This document shows positions 11,284-22,099 of a stretch of DNA of 64,000 nucleotides, piece after piece. Both the position numbers and the translations under genes were made by a program. The notes below the pieces were generated by a model. The model had not been told where the DNA came from. It made no database searches and worked only from the letters and a program-made list of their open reading frames with translations. Position 1 is the stretch's first letter; the number at the start of each line of letters is the position of its first letter. This DNA is from an uncultured archaeon. GTDB lineage: Archaea; Thermoproteota; Bathyarchaeia; Bathyarchaeales; Bathycorpusculaceae. The stretch lies in assembly GCA_963782915.1 (NCBI GenBank), contig CAWALK010000001.1, forward strand, positions 128,001-192,000, in the 5' to 3' direction.

Positions 11284-13503
11284 TTAAGTTGATGTGAATC
11301 GGTCAAACGTCGTCAGTGCACTCATCGACCCACATGATGGGCATTTGTGCAGTGTGCCAACCCAGTTTTTCTTGCAGTTGCCGCAGAAGCATATTGTGCG
11401 GTTGTAAGTGAAGAATTCGCTGGCTTGATTCTCAATTATGCGTTTTGTTAAGTCGAGTAGGGCTTCGGGGTTGAATTCGTCGCCGTCTAACTCGTAGACA
11501 TCCAAGCTTCCGCCTGTAGTTGAGACCTTTGGTGGTTTGCGCCATCTCTATTGTGCCTGTGGGTGCGATGAGGTTCTGGGCGGCTTTTATTTGGATGCGT
11601 TTGATGGTTGAATAGTATGGTTTGTCTCGGGATCCTGAGAATTTGACTTTGGCGACGCCGTATCTTTCTACGTCGAGTTGTGCTAGGCGTTCTGCGGCTT
11701 CGCGGTCGATTAGCACTGCGGGGTAGAGGCGTTTGCCATATTTTCTGCCCAGCTTCTGCTTAAACGCCAGCAGAGCGGTGATGACTTCTTCCGTGAATTT
11801 TCGGCTTTCCTCGTCACCCATGCTTTTTTCGGTAAAAGTTTCAACCGCTTCCTTTAACCCTGCCAAATTTATTATTCTTGAGCAGTTTTCCAAGCGGAAG
11901 TATGTGTCGCCGTTGCCCTTCTGCATCAGAAACGGCAGACGAGTTTTTGCCATACTGTTTTAGTGCATTGCTCTTTAGGCTTAATGCGCGTGCGGCTAAT
12001 TCATAGCGTTCTTTGGTTAAGTCGATGAATTTGTTTTTGTCTTTTTCACATTCAATCGCTATTCTGGGGAGATTGATGGTTACGGAGCCGAGGCAGCCTG
12101 TGCGTAGGGTATCGGTTTCCCAGTCGCCTGTTGAGTCAGCAATGAATTTGACGCCTGTTGAGGAGAAGGCTGCGTTCTCTGTTTCCTTCTTAGTCAAATT
12201 GGAGAAGTATAGTAGCCCATTTTTTGCGGCTAATTCATGAGCTTTTCTGAGAAGCGCAAGGGCTTTTTCGTCGCCATAAACGTCGCTGCTGACTTTAATG
12301 ACAAGTTTAGGGCATAAGTAGCGGTTTAATGGCGCTTTCTTCCGCGAAAATGTCGATTATTAGTGATGCCAGCAGCTGGGCTTCTTGGAGGTAATCGCCA
12401 TATTTGCCGCAGGCTTTCCCCTCGGAGCCAATGGCTTCTTTCTCCGATGCCGACTTGGAGATGCAGAGTTCAAGCGCCAGTGTGGCATCGACATGTTGGT
12501 TAAGGTTGAGTATGAACAGGCGCAGGTTCTCTTTGAGGCTGACAACTTCGTTGCCCCGAATAAACGGTGCAAGTGACAGGTTAAAGTAGTTGAAGGTCTG
12601 GGTTCGGTTGGTTTCTCGGTAACTATGCAGTAATACGTTGAAGGCTATGGAGAGGGCAGATTTGAAATCTTTAGGCGGTTCCATGTAGACTTGGCGTGCA
12701 TCGTCGAGTCTGATGCCGTGTTGGTAGAAGTAGCGCAGTTCATGGATGACTTCGCTGGGTTTTAGCACCCAAGTGCCTAAGCCGTCGATGTGGATGGCAC
12801 CTGAGAGATGTGCGTCGGCGATGTCTCTGGGGAAAATGTTTAGGAGCGCATATTCTGCTAAGACAGTTTCTCCTGCCCGATTGATGGTGTCCTCCGCGTC
12901 TAAGGGTGCATCTTTGGATTCGATAAGCGCTGTTACTTCATGGACTGGCATGCCAACGCGGGCTAGTTTATTGCGGTAATCTTCATAGCCTTTTTCGACG
13001 AGGATGCCGTTGACGACCTCGCGGATAAGCTGTGCGGTGAGGTACTTTGTTTTGGATTTTACGAGGCGTTTTTCTGCTTCTTTAGCTGCTTTTTGGGCTA
13101 ATTCAGCTGGAACTTTGGCTTCTTTGATTAGTGAGTTGGCGATTTTGTTGGCGTCAAACTCTTCAACGGTCAAATGTGAGGTGCGGACAAGCATGCCGCG
13201 GGGTTTAACCGCCTTCTTCTCGACGCGGTCGGCAACATCAAGCACCATCTTGCCCAAATCAGTGAGATAATACTTTTTGGCTTCAACGTCTGCCTCAACC
13301 AAATCGGCTTTGAGCAGAAATTTTAGGTGATAAGCAAACCTGCCTGCGTCGCGGCTGGGGTTCATTTTAAGCTGATTCATAAGTTCCGTGTAGGAGAGGG
13401 CGCTTTTGTCGAAGAGCAAGTTTAGGATTTGTAGCCTGAGGGGTGACGAAACGGCTTTTAGCACTTTGACGCCGCGGCTTCTAAGCGGTTGCTGATTAAC
13501 CAT
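11284..13503 (-). CDS. ArsR-type wHTH + ATP-cone + degenerate class III ribonucleotide reductase (NrdD-like) fusion, ~738 aa after correcting 3 indels
   Basis: ORFs 12307-13503, 11841-12197, 11432-11953 and 11284-11505 join into wHTH, ATP cone (VRTSHLTVEEFDANKIANSL), AHLSGAIHI, TLRTGCLGSVTINLPRIA, PYYST and a CxxC..CxxC Zn ribbon. Confidence 0.85.
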
Positions 13504-13614
13504 ACCCCTCTGTTCCTCTTGCCCGATTTTGTGGTGCTCTACCTATTATTCCAGTGGAGACTATAAACTTGACTAAAAAGGGGTTAAAAAGGGAAGTGTT
13601 GGGCAGTTGGCTGC

Positions 13615-14661
13615 TTAGGCGGGGCAGGGCTGCTGTTGGCTGATGCAGTGCAATGTGCCGAAGCCGTAGACTAGGTCTTTGCAGCATATGCCGACGACTT
13701 TGCGGGTTGGAAACAGCCCTTGGAGAATCTCCAGTGCCTTTTTGTCGTGGGGATGGTCAAAGACGGGTACAAGCACTTTGGTGTTGCCTATGTAGAAGTT
13801 TGTGTAGCTGGCGGGCAATCGGTAGTCTTCGTCGCTGACTACTTTAGGCATCGGCAACTTGATTATTGTTAGGGGTTTGCCGTCCTGGTCCACTGATTTG
13901 GTGAGCAAGTCATAGTTTTCTTTGAGTGCATCATAGTCGGCGTCGTTTTCGTTATCCTCATAAGCGCAGACGATGGTGGTGGGGTTGACGAAGCGGGCTA
14001 AATCGTCGATATGGCCGTCAGTGTCATCGCCTAAGATGCCGCGTTTGAGCCAGATGAAGTGGCGTACGCCCAAGAAATCGGATAGGTACTGCTCGATTTT
14101 CTGTTTGTTAAGGGTTGGGTTGCGGTTGCTGTTTAACAGGCACTGCTCGGTGGTTAAGAGTGTGCCTTCGCCGTTGACGTCAATTGAGCCGCCCTCCAAC
14201 ACAATGCCCGGTTTAAAGCAGGTAAGTTTTAGGTCCTTGTTTATGACGTCGGGGATTTCTTTGTCTTTGAGCAGGGTTTCGTATTTGTCGCCCCAGCTGT
14301 TGAAGTCCCAGTGAATCATCGCCAACTCATGCTTGGGGTTCTTGACGAAGATGGGGCCGTAGTCGCGGAACCAAACGTCAGCGTAGTCGGAGACCCAAAT
14401 GTGAACCCGATCCAAGTTGATGCTTACAGCTTTGAACATTGACGTGGCTTTCTTTTTTGTGGGCTCATCGATTACAAAGAGGTTTACTTCTTCGCTCTCA
14501 TGAATCTCCTTGATTATTTGGACATAGGTTTGTTCAACCCGATCGACGCGGTCAGGGAAAGTTGTTGGGTCATAGGGCCACGCTAACCAAATCGCGGCAT
14601 GACGTTGCCACTCCGCTGGCATTGCAAAGCCTTGATCATTGCAGGTTTTGTTGCAGCTCAT
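13615..14661 (-). CDS. aguA: Agmatine deiminase
   Basis: MPAEW, DVWFRDYGP, LEGGSIDVNG, DDTDGHID, ASYTNFY, GTLHCISQQQP. Confidence 0.95.
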   Translation of the reverse strand: MSCNKTCNDQGFAMPAEWQRHAAIWLAWPYDPTTFPDRVDRVEQTYVQIIKEIHESEEVNLFVIDEPTKKKATSMFKAVSINLDRVHIWVSDYADVWFRDYGPIFVKNPKHELAMIHWDFNSWGDKYETLLKDKEIPDVINKDLKLTCFKPGIVLEGGSIDVNGEGTLLTTEQCLLNSNRNPTLNKQKIEQYLSDFLGVRHFIWLKRGILGDDTDGHIDDLARFVNPTTIVCAYEDNENDADYDALKENYDLLTKSVDQDGKPLTIIKLPMPKVVSDEDYRLPASYTNFYIGNTKVLVPVFDHPHDKKALEILQGLFPTRKVVGICCKDLVYGFGTLHCISQQQPCPA

Positions 14662-15598
14662 TGTGTTGCATCTCCAGCTTTGGTTTTGACGAGTGGAGTG
14701 TAGGTGTCTGGGCGTCGGTTGCGCAGGAATCCCCAGCCTTCCTTGATGCGTTCGTTATGTGATAAATCTAGCTTGGCTATGATGACTTCCTCTTTTGTGG
14801 TGCTGCCTTCCGCTATGACTTTACCGAAGGAATCGCACACAAAGCTGCCTCCCCAGAACTCCAGCCAACCCTCTTCACCCACACGATTCACCGCTGCAAC
14901 GTGGATGCCATTAGCTATTGCGTGGGCACGCTGGACGGTTCTGCCAGGCGTCATGCCAGTCGCCGTCTTGGGAGGTGTGGCCTTTTATGTAGCCGATGGC
15001 TGTGGGATAAAAGATGATTTCTGCCCCATCCAAAGCGTTGATTCTTGCCGGTTCAGGGAACCATTGGTCATAGCAAATCAGCACACCGATTCGGGCGTAA
15101 GCGGTGTTGTAGGCTTTGTAACCCTCTTCGCCTGGGGCAAAGTAGTCTTTTTCGTAGAAGTACGGGTCATATGGAATATGCGCCTTGCGGTAGACGCCTG
15201 CGATGGAGCCGTCTGCGTCGATTACTACGGCCGTATTGTAGGTTTTGCCGTTGGGGTTCTTCTCAAAAAGCGGCGCAATAATCACAACTATGATGCTTTT
15301 TTGCCAACTCTGAAAACATGCGTGTGGAGTCGCCGGGGATGGATTCTGCCAGCGCTGACACGTCAAGGTGTTCTTCTTGTGGAAAATATTGTGAACGGTA
15401 AAGTTCCTGGAGGCAAATAATCTGTGCGCCTGCTTGCGCGGCTTCTATGATTTTTTCTTCTGTTTTCTTCATATTTGCCGCTATGTCTTCGGAGACAGCC
15501 GTTTGAATCAGCCCAACAGTTACTATCTTGCTGGGGGCGTTTTGGGTTGGTTTGCCGGTGTTAATATTTTTTCCATCCTTGATTCGAATATTCCACAA
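14658..15598 (-). CDS. aguB: N-carbamoylputrescine amidase (nitrilase family), split by 2 frameshifts; exact start uncertain
   Basis: CLQELY, YRKAHIP...FYEKDYFAPG, LICYDQWFPE, YPTAIG, AHAIANG...VNRVG; adjacent to aguA. Confidence 0.88.
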
Positions 15599-15764
15599 GT
15601 GTTCGTATTAACTTTTTTGAATCGTCTGCATGGGTGAAACGTGGAATTAAGCCCAATTGACCTTGGCTGCTGGCAGTGAAAATGCTTATTTCGCAAGAAG
15701 CCCTATAGTAACATGTTGTTTTAGGCTATTAAAAAAACAGATAGCCAAAGTTTTGTAGGGATTA

Positions 15765-17090
15765 ATTATCGCAACTAAAGAAATTGTTAGCGCATTCAAG
15801 CAGTTCACAGACCGATTTAGGACTGCTTATACCGAAACTTCTGCCGATAATAACAAAGAATACCGACAATTTTATCGGTCATCAGATGTTTCTCAAGCCA
15901 GAGCAATCATTTTCCTTCTAGCCCTAACCGTTGCGCTCTTTGGTATTGGTGACTATCTCTTTTTGGGTTTAACCCCCCTCTTCTATGCGTTGGTAACGTT
16001 AAGAGCAGGGTTGATTGTGTTTTCGGGTTTCCAGATCAGATACATTAAGCGAGTTACAGACCACAGAGTATACGATACATCAATTTTTTTGTATATGATA
16101 GTTTTGGTTTTCGGTGTCCTAGCGGTAAACTTTAGTCGCCCCGAAAATTTTCTTCCCCACATCATCGTCATCGATATGGCTGTCTTGGTTTTTTACTTGG
16201 TTGTGCCGACACGGTTTCTCTATCAAGCGTTAGCATCGTGGGCGTTTAGCATAGGCGAAGTTATCATAATCTCATTTACTTTTCAAGGGTTTATGGAACC
16301 CGGATTAATCACGGCATTGCTTAGCCTTTTATTTGCCAACATTGTAGCGGCGCTGACTAGTCTGAAATGCATTCTTACAGATGGCGAATGTACCAAATAT
16401 CAAAGGAACGCAAAGAAACAGACCGCTTAGCAGCCATCGGCCAAACCGCCGGAATGATTGGGCATGACATCCGCAATCCCCTGCAAGCTATAGTGAGCGA
16501 ACTCTACATTGCACAGGGAAGCCATGGCTGAGAGCCACTACCCCAAAGAAGAAACCGCACCTGCCATAGAAAGTATCGACCTTATCGAAGAACAAACCGA
16601 TTACATCAGCAAAATAGTCTCTGACCTACAAGACTACGCAAGACCACTCAAACCCGAATACAAAGAGGTGGATTTGGCAAAGCTGATCGCTAGCATCTTC
16701 CAAACAGTCCGAGTGCCCAACACTATAACATTGAAAATTGATGTTAAGGGCTTCCCAAAAATAAGCACCGACCCCACACTCATCAGGCGAGCATTAGCAA
16801 ACTTAGTTAACAATGCTATCCAAGCCATGCCCGACGGCGGAACCTTAGAGTTAACCGCCCAAAAAACCGAGCACACCGCAGCAATAGCAGTTACAGATAC
16901 AGGCAAAGGCATACCCGAAGAAGTCAAATCCAAACTTTTCACGCCGCTAGTCACAACTAAAGCGAAGGGTCAAGGATTGGGTTTGGCAGTTGTTAAACGC
17001 TTAGTTGAAGCATTAGGCGGGTCTATAACTTTTGATAGCCAAGTAGATAAGGGCACAAAATTCACCATTACTTTGCCTCTGAAGGAATAA
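15765..17090 (+). CDS. Membrane-bound sensor histidine kinase (frameshifted near 16365-16400; start possibly ATT/ATC)
   Basis: About 6 TM segments; H-box GHDIRNPL in the shifted frame; N box NLVNNAIQAM; DTGKGI, F box and GQGLGL G2 box. Confidence 0.85.
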
Positions 17091-17360
17091 TTTCGGCTTA
17101 CAAAAAATTTTAAATTCAAAACATCCGTTAGCTTGGATATGGCGCCCCAAAAAGCAGTTAAGCAAAACATAACTTACTGTGTTCTTTATCTTGTAAGTAC
17201 GCTGTTTTTTCTAATGGTTATCACGTCTGGATTACAGGCACCAGCAATCCTCTCAGGCGCCGCTCTTGCTGTAGGTATTGACAGCATTATACAGTAAAAA
17301 ATAAAAAATATTTAAAAAAATAAAAAGAAAAAAGAAGACGTTAAGCCATCCGATTCAGGC

Positions 17361-18818
17361 TTAATTGGTCGCTGTCAATTGCTGAATTAGGGTTTCAGCT
17401 TCCTTTTTAGTCCTCTCAGCTTCCTTGGCCGCTTCCTTAGCGGCATTCTGAACGTCTCGAGCGATTTCTTTTAGCTGCTCAGAAGCAGCGGCTTGCTCCT
17501 CAATCGCTGAACTGGTCTCTTCAGAAGCCGATGAACTCTCCTCAGCAATGCTTGAAACCTCATCTATTGCCTGAACAACTTCGCTTAGCACCTGCAACCC
17601 GTTCTCCATATTTGAGGCGAGTTTCTGGATTTCACTGTTTGTCTGGGACATGATTTGGGCGATGCCTTCGGTTTCTTTTATTGCGCTCTGAATAACCGTA
17701 GAGCTTTCCTCTGCTCCCCTCTTAGACGCGACGGTAATGCGGCTTGTCTCTGCCCCAGAATCCTTAATTCCTTTCACTAAGGTGATGGCTCCGCCCGCGG
17801 CTTCTTTTGATTGTCCAGCTAAGCCCTTAACGGCATCTGCGACAACAGCAAATCCGCGGCCTGCTTCACCCGCACGGGCTGCCTCGATGGCGGCGTTAAG
17901 TGCTAGCATGTTGGTTTGGCCTGCGATGTCTGAAACAGAGTTTGCGAGTTCCCCTACTTTGTCTACTGCGCTGACCATGTTCCCCACGGCTAGGGATACT
18001 TTGGTGATGTCGGTTTGGATGCTGTTTATGGCAAGTATGCCCTTTTGGCCTTTGTCGTTTGCGTCAAGTGCCTTTTGTGTGGCTTCGTCAGCGATTTTTG
18101 AGGTATGTTTTACGCTGTCGCCTGCTTCATCCATAATTTTCTTGAGGTTCTCTGTTCGTTTAGCGGTTGACTGGGATAATTCAGCCAACTTCTGAGATCC
18201 AGTTGAAACCTGTTGAGAAGCGGTAATGACTTGCTGCATACCCACGTTTATTTGAGCTGCAACTTCAGCGGTTTTCTGACCAAGTTCAGCCATTTTAAGG
18301 CACTGTGCATTGACGTTATCAGCTATTGCTACAACGTTTTTTGATGCTGTACATGCTTTGGAAATGACGTCTTTTATATGCGTTATATCGGTGACTATTT
18401 CGACTGCGCCTACGACTTTTTTGTTTTCGTCATAGAGGGGTCGCCCAACGTACTGGATGGGAATTTCCAAGTTGCCAGGGTGAGCAACGGTTTGGGAGGT
18501 AGCGACTGCTTTTTCTTTCATCGCACGGGCGCATGCACATTTTTCTGTGTGGCAGTCGCCTGTTCTAAATAAGTCAAAGCATTTCTTACCCACTACTGAT
18601 CGAACATTTTCGCCGACTAGTTTTGCTCCAAATTTATTCATGAACGTAACTGCGAAGCTCTCGTCAACAGCCATTACGGGAGATGGGATGCTATCTAGAT
18701 ATTTCGCGTAAATTCCGCTTTTTTTATCTTGCAGCTTTAATCCTTCGTTTTCTTTAGTCAACTCTTCGATTTTTTGTTCAAGCTGCAACATAGTATTTTG
18801 TTCATTTGTCGAATTCAA
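17361..18818 (-). CDS. Soluble PAS-domain methyl-accepting chemotaxis protein
   Basis: PAS ([12 protein letters not shown]...[11 protein letters not shown]); signalling hairpin [30 protein letters not shown]; no TM segment. Confidence 0.93.
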   Translation of the reverse strand: MNSTNEQNTMLQLEQKIEELTKENEGLKLQDKKSGIYAKYLDSIPSPVMAVDESFAVTFMNKFGAKLVGENVRSVVGKKCFDLFRTGDCHTEKCACARAMKEKAVATSQTVAHPGNLEIPIQYVGRPLYDENKKVVGAVEIVTDITHIKDVISKACTASKNVVAIADNVNAQCLKMAELGQKTAEVAAQINVGMQQVITASQQVSTGSQKLAELSQSTAKRTENLKKIMDEAGDSVKHTSKIADEATQKALDANDKGQKGILAINSIQTDITKVSLAVGNMVSAVDKVGELANSVSDIAGQTNMLALNAAIEAARAGEAGRGFAVVADAVKGLAGQSKEAAGGAITLVKGIKDSGAETSRITVASKRGAEESSTVIQSAIKETEGIAQIMSQTNSEIQKLASNMENGLQVLSEVVQAIDEVSSIAEESSSASEETSSAIEEQAAASEQLKEIARDVQNAAKEAAKEAERTKKEAETLIQQLTATN

Positions 18819-19006
18819 GTGAATATGACTCTCCGTTTATTATGGCAATCATCAGTAAAATGAGTTTATAATAGCTTATGAATCGAAAATCCACGTAAAA
18901 ACTATAGACTTAACATACGGATGGGCATGTGCGTCTGCTAAAAATGTAAACAATTTATTTATTAACCCAGAGTGTTGAAGATACATAGTTTACTGGGGCA
19001 TTAGAC

Positions 19007-20524
19007 ATGAAAGCTTTCATAGTACAGTTCCCATTCGGCGTAGCGGCCTTCGACGAAAAAAACCAATTAGTAGAGAAGGCGCTCTATCCAAAGAAGGCAC
19101 AAGCAGCAGCAAAAAGCCTCCTTAAAGCCGAAACGGGCAAATTAACAGACCAAGTTACATCACTAATAACATTACTCAAAACCATCGGGTACGACGTGTT
19201 TGTTTTCTCAAACGGCAAAATGGCAGAGGAAGTGCAGAATAAACTCAAAGTCACCGTTGAAGTTGCCACACCAGCCCAATCCGCAGTTCATAGCTCACGT
19301 ATGAGCGAAGTCGCAGTGGAATCAGGCTTCGTAGCAGACCAGCAAGAACTCGACGTCTGGAACCGCAGCGTAAGCATGGAACTCTCCAAACTACGCATAA
19401 AAGGCGCAACAGGCAAACGTGACTTAATCGTCGCACAAGGCATCCAAACACTCGACAGCCTAGACCAAACAGTTAACTTATTCATGGGCAGACTCCGCGA
19501 ATGGTACGGCGTCTACTTCCCAGAACTCGACCGCCTAATCGAGAAACACGAAACCTACAGTAGATTGGTCGTTAACTTAGGCAATAGAGAAAGCTTCACT
19601 GCAGAGAACCTTGAAGCAGAAAACATACCCAAAGAACGCTCACAAATCGTCGCAAAAGCCGCAGAAGCCTCAATGGGCGCAGATATGGCAGAACGCGACT
19701 TAGCACAGGTACAACAATTAGCCAAAGACGTATTAGCCTTCTATTTGCTGCGCAAAAGCATGGAAGAATACGTTGACAACACCATGGAAGAAATGGCCCC
19801 TAACATCAAAGCGGTTGCAGGAGCCCTCCTCGGTGCACGCATGATATCTCTAGCTGGCGGCTTACAAAACCTCGCCATGAGACCAGCAAGCACAATCCAA
19901 GTTTTAGGCGCAGAAAAAGCATTATTCCGCTCACTAAAAACTGGAGCACGCCCACCAAAACACGGCTTAATCTTCCAGCACACACTACTCCACGACGCTA
20001 AAAGGTGGCAACGTGGAAAGATTGCCCGTGTCATCGCAGGCAAACTCGCCATAGCAGCCCGTGCAGACGCTTTCGGAGAAGGCCACTACATCGGCGACAG
20101 ACTAAAAGAAGACATTAACAGACGCCTAGAAGAAATCCACACTAAATACAAAGAACCACCAGCACCAAAAGAAGTCAAACCGAGAGAAAAACGCGAAAGC
20201 TTCGGCTACCGAGAGGGCAGCGAACGCAAAGAAGGCGGCCAAGAACAACGTTTCAGCATCCCCCGACGCGACGGCCAAGCAGGCGGCGGCGAACAACGCG
20301 AACAACGCTTCGACAGACCCCCAAGACGTGAAGGCGGAGGAGGCGGCGGCTTTAGAGAACGCGACCGTGGTCCAAGACGTCACGGTGGCGGCGGTGGAGG
20401 AGGCGGAAGACGCTTTGGCGGAGGCGGCCACGGTGGTGGCGGACGAGATAGAGGCGATCGCCGCGGTGGAAGCAGTGGCGGCGGTCAAAATCGGGGACCA
20501 GACAGCAGTGCACGTCAAGCTTAA
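19007..20524 (+). CDS. nop5: C/D box sRNP protein Nop5 (Nop56/58) with Gly/Arg-rich C-terminal extension
   Basis: RLREWYGVYFPEL, PASTIQVLGAEKALFRSL...PPKHGLIFQH, RGKIARVIAGKLAIAARAD. Confidence 0.95.
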   Translation: MKAFIVQFPFGVAAFDEKNQLVEKALYPKKAQAAAKSLLKAETGKLTDQVTSLITLLKTIGYDVFVFSNGKMAEEVQNKLKVTVEVATPAQSAVHSSRMSEVAVESGFVADQQELDVWNRSVSMELSKLRIKGATGKRDLIVAQGIQTLDSLDQTVNLFMGRLREWYGVYFPELDRLIEKHETYSRLVVNLGNRESFTAENLEAENIPKERSQIVAKAAEASMGADMAERDLAQVQQLAKDVLAFYLLRKSMEEYVDNTMEEMAPNIKAVAGALLGARMISLAGGLQNLAMRPASTIQVLGAEKALFRSLKTGARPPKHGLIFQHTLLHDAKRWQRGKIARVIAGKLAIAARADAFGEGHYIGDRLKEDINRRLEEIHTKYKEPPAPKEVKPREKRESFGYREGSERKEGGQEQRFSIPRRDGQAGGGEQREQRFDRPPRREGGGGGGFRERDRGPRRHGGGGGGGGRRFGGGGHGGGGRDRGDRRGGSSGGGQNRGPDSSARQA

Positions 20525-21209
20525 AGAACACCCTAAATTCAAAGAAATCTATCAAGTCATGCTTGAAGACGGCGCCCAGCGGTTAGCAACAAAAAACTTA
20601 ACCCCTGGCTTAAACGTCTACGGCGAACGACTAGTCAAATTCGCACACATCGAATACCGCATATGGGACGCCTTCAGAAGCAAACTCGCAGGCGCCATTA
20701 TCAAGGGCTTGCAAAACGTGCCAATAGGACCAGGAAGTAAAGTGCTTTATTTAGGCGCAGCTTCAGGCACTACACCCAGCCATGTCTCAGATATTGTCGG
20801 CGAAACAGGTTATGTTTACTGTGTCGAATTCGCACAGCGCTCACTACGCGACTTAGTCAACAACGTTGCAGCTTTCCGCTCAAACATTTCACCAATGCTC
20901 GAAGACGCACGCATGCCCGAACGCTATGCCATGTTTATCTCAGGGAAAGTTGACGTAATCTACTGTGACGTAGCACAACCCGAACAAGCAAAGCTCCTCG
21001 CAGACAACGCAGACGTTTTCCTCAAGCCAGAGGGATGGGTTATGTTAGCATGCAAATCGCAGAGCATCGACGTGACAATGGCACCGCAAGCAGTCTATGA
21101 ACAGGAAGCACGCATCTTGCGCAAACGGGGCTATGATGTTAAAGAAATCGTGGAGTTAGACCCCTACGATATTGCGCATGCCATGATTGTAGCGCAGAAA
21201 ACTGCTTAA
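20508..21209 (+). CDS. flpA: Fibrillarin-like rRNA/tRNA 2'-O-methyltransferase
   Basis: LATKNLTPG..VYGE, EYRIWDAFRSKL, VLYLGAASGTTPSHVSDIV, DVAQPEQA; GTG start at 20508 overlaps the nop5 stop. Confidence 0.96.
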   Translation: MHVKLKEHPKFKEIYQVMLEDGAQRLATKNLTPGLNVYGERLVKFAHIEYRIWDAFRSKLAGAIIKGLQNVPIGPGSKVLYLGAASGTTPSHVSDIVGETGYVYCVEFAQRSLRDLVNNVAAFRSNISPMLEDARMPERYAMFISGKVDVIYCDVAQPEQAKLLADNADVFLKPEGWVMLACKSQSIDVTMAPQAVYEQEARILRKRGYDVKEIVELDPYDIAHAMIVAQKTA

Positions 21210-21325
21210 TCTTTATTTTTTTTATCTCTAAAGATTTAGGTATTTTGGCTGTAAAGCTTGTTTAATGCAGCCTGAAGCTGACCGGGCGCAAAATACGCCA
21301 AAGCACTCGGACAGCATAATCCATT

Positions 21326-21395
21326 GGTTGTTGTAGTGTATAGGTGCTTTATGACAACTACTATCAGAAAACAGAACGCCCCATTTTTCATCTAC
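21326..21395 (+). repeat. Degenerate module B copy of the intergenic repeat
   Basis: GGTTGTTGTAGTGTATAGG...ACAACTAC...AGAAAAC...CATTTTTCATCTAC resembles 2733-2807. Confidence 0.55.
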
Positions 21396-21475
21396 TTTAT
21401 ACCAAATGGCTAAAGTAGATACAACTGAGAAATTCAAACAGTAATCGACCCAAGGGCATTCAACAACCCCCTATG

Positions 21476-21757
21476 TTAGGCGCGACCCTCATTGGGCAAA
21501 TCAGGTTCACCACACGGCTTAAAAATAATCACCAACCACATATCCGGATCACTCTTAACCACATAACCATACTGACCCGCCACCACCTCAAGGCAATGCA
21601 GTTTAGCCAAATCCGCCTTCATTATCAAATGAACCTGATACCCTTTTGAAAGCACATCCGACTCCTCAGGCGTCTTTAGCATGATGGAGGTGCCGCGTAT
21701 GCTTTCGCATTCTTCATTGATTTCTTTGATTAAACTAACTGCTTCTTGTCTATTCAA
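21476..21757 (-). CDS. Hypothetical protein
   Basis: ORF with probable TTG start after GGGG (MNRQEAVSLIKEI...SKGYQVH). Confidence 0.6.
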   Translation of the reverse strand: MNRQEAVSLIKEINEECESIRGTSIMLKTPEESDVLSKGYQVHLIMKADLAKLHCLEVVAGQYGYVVKSDPDMWLVIIFKPCGEPDLPNEGRA

Positions 21758-21905
21758 AAAAAACTGTTCCCCATAAAAGAGATGGTTGAATATGCTCTTA
21801 TTGTTTACGAAAACATCCAATGTAGCCCCGCCGTTTTTGGGGGTTAGTATAGAAAATTAAATAAGCGCAATGAAACGTCATCGATTGGAGAGAGGGAAAA
21901 CCAAT

Positions 21906-22034
21906 ATGGACATTTGGGTAATCATACAGGCGTTTGCTTTCATAGCATTCCTATCATTTAGCTCCTATTTGACCAACAGACAAATAACTAAACATCTCAA
22001 GAAACAGAAACAGAACCAAGCGATTCTCCTGTAA
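21906..22034 (+). CDS. Small single-pass membrane protein (42 aa)
   Basis: MDIWVIIQAFAFIAFLSFSSYLTNRQITKHLKKQKQ; GGAGAGAGGG upstream; below the ORF-track length cutoff. Confidence 0.5.
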   Translation: MDIWVIIQAFAFIAFLSFSSYLTNRQITKHLKKQKQNQAILL

Positions 22035-22099
22035 AGGGCTGAACCAAAAAACCTTAAAATAACAAGCACCCCATCAAACTGGCAATTGAGGGGGATACT

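Noticed and set aside
11284-13503. Functional anaerobic ribonucleotide reductase nrdD
   Set aside because: No glycyl-radical motif or catalytic cysteines, and no room for a C-terminal extension before pyrB
13615-15598. aguB-aguA operon as a new system
   Set aside because: Well-known agmatine-to-putrescine pathway
20328-20507. Ala/Glu/Val-rich N-terminal extension of fibrillarin
   Set aside because: Alternative-frame read of the nop5 Gly/Arg tail; homology starts at GTG 20508
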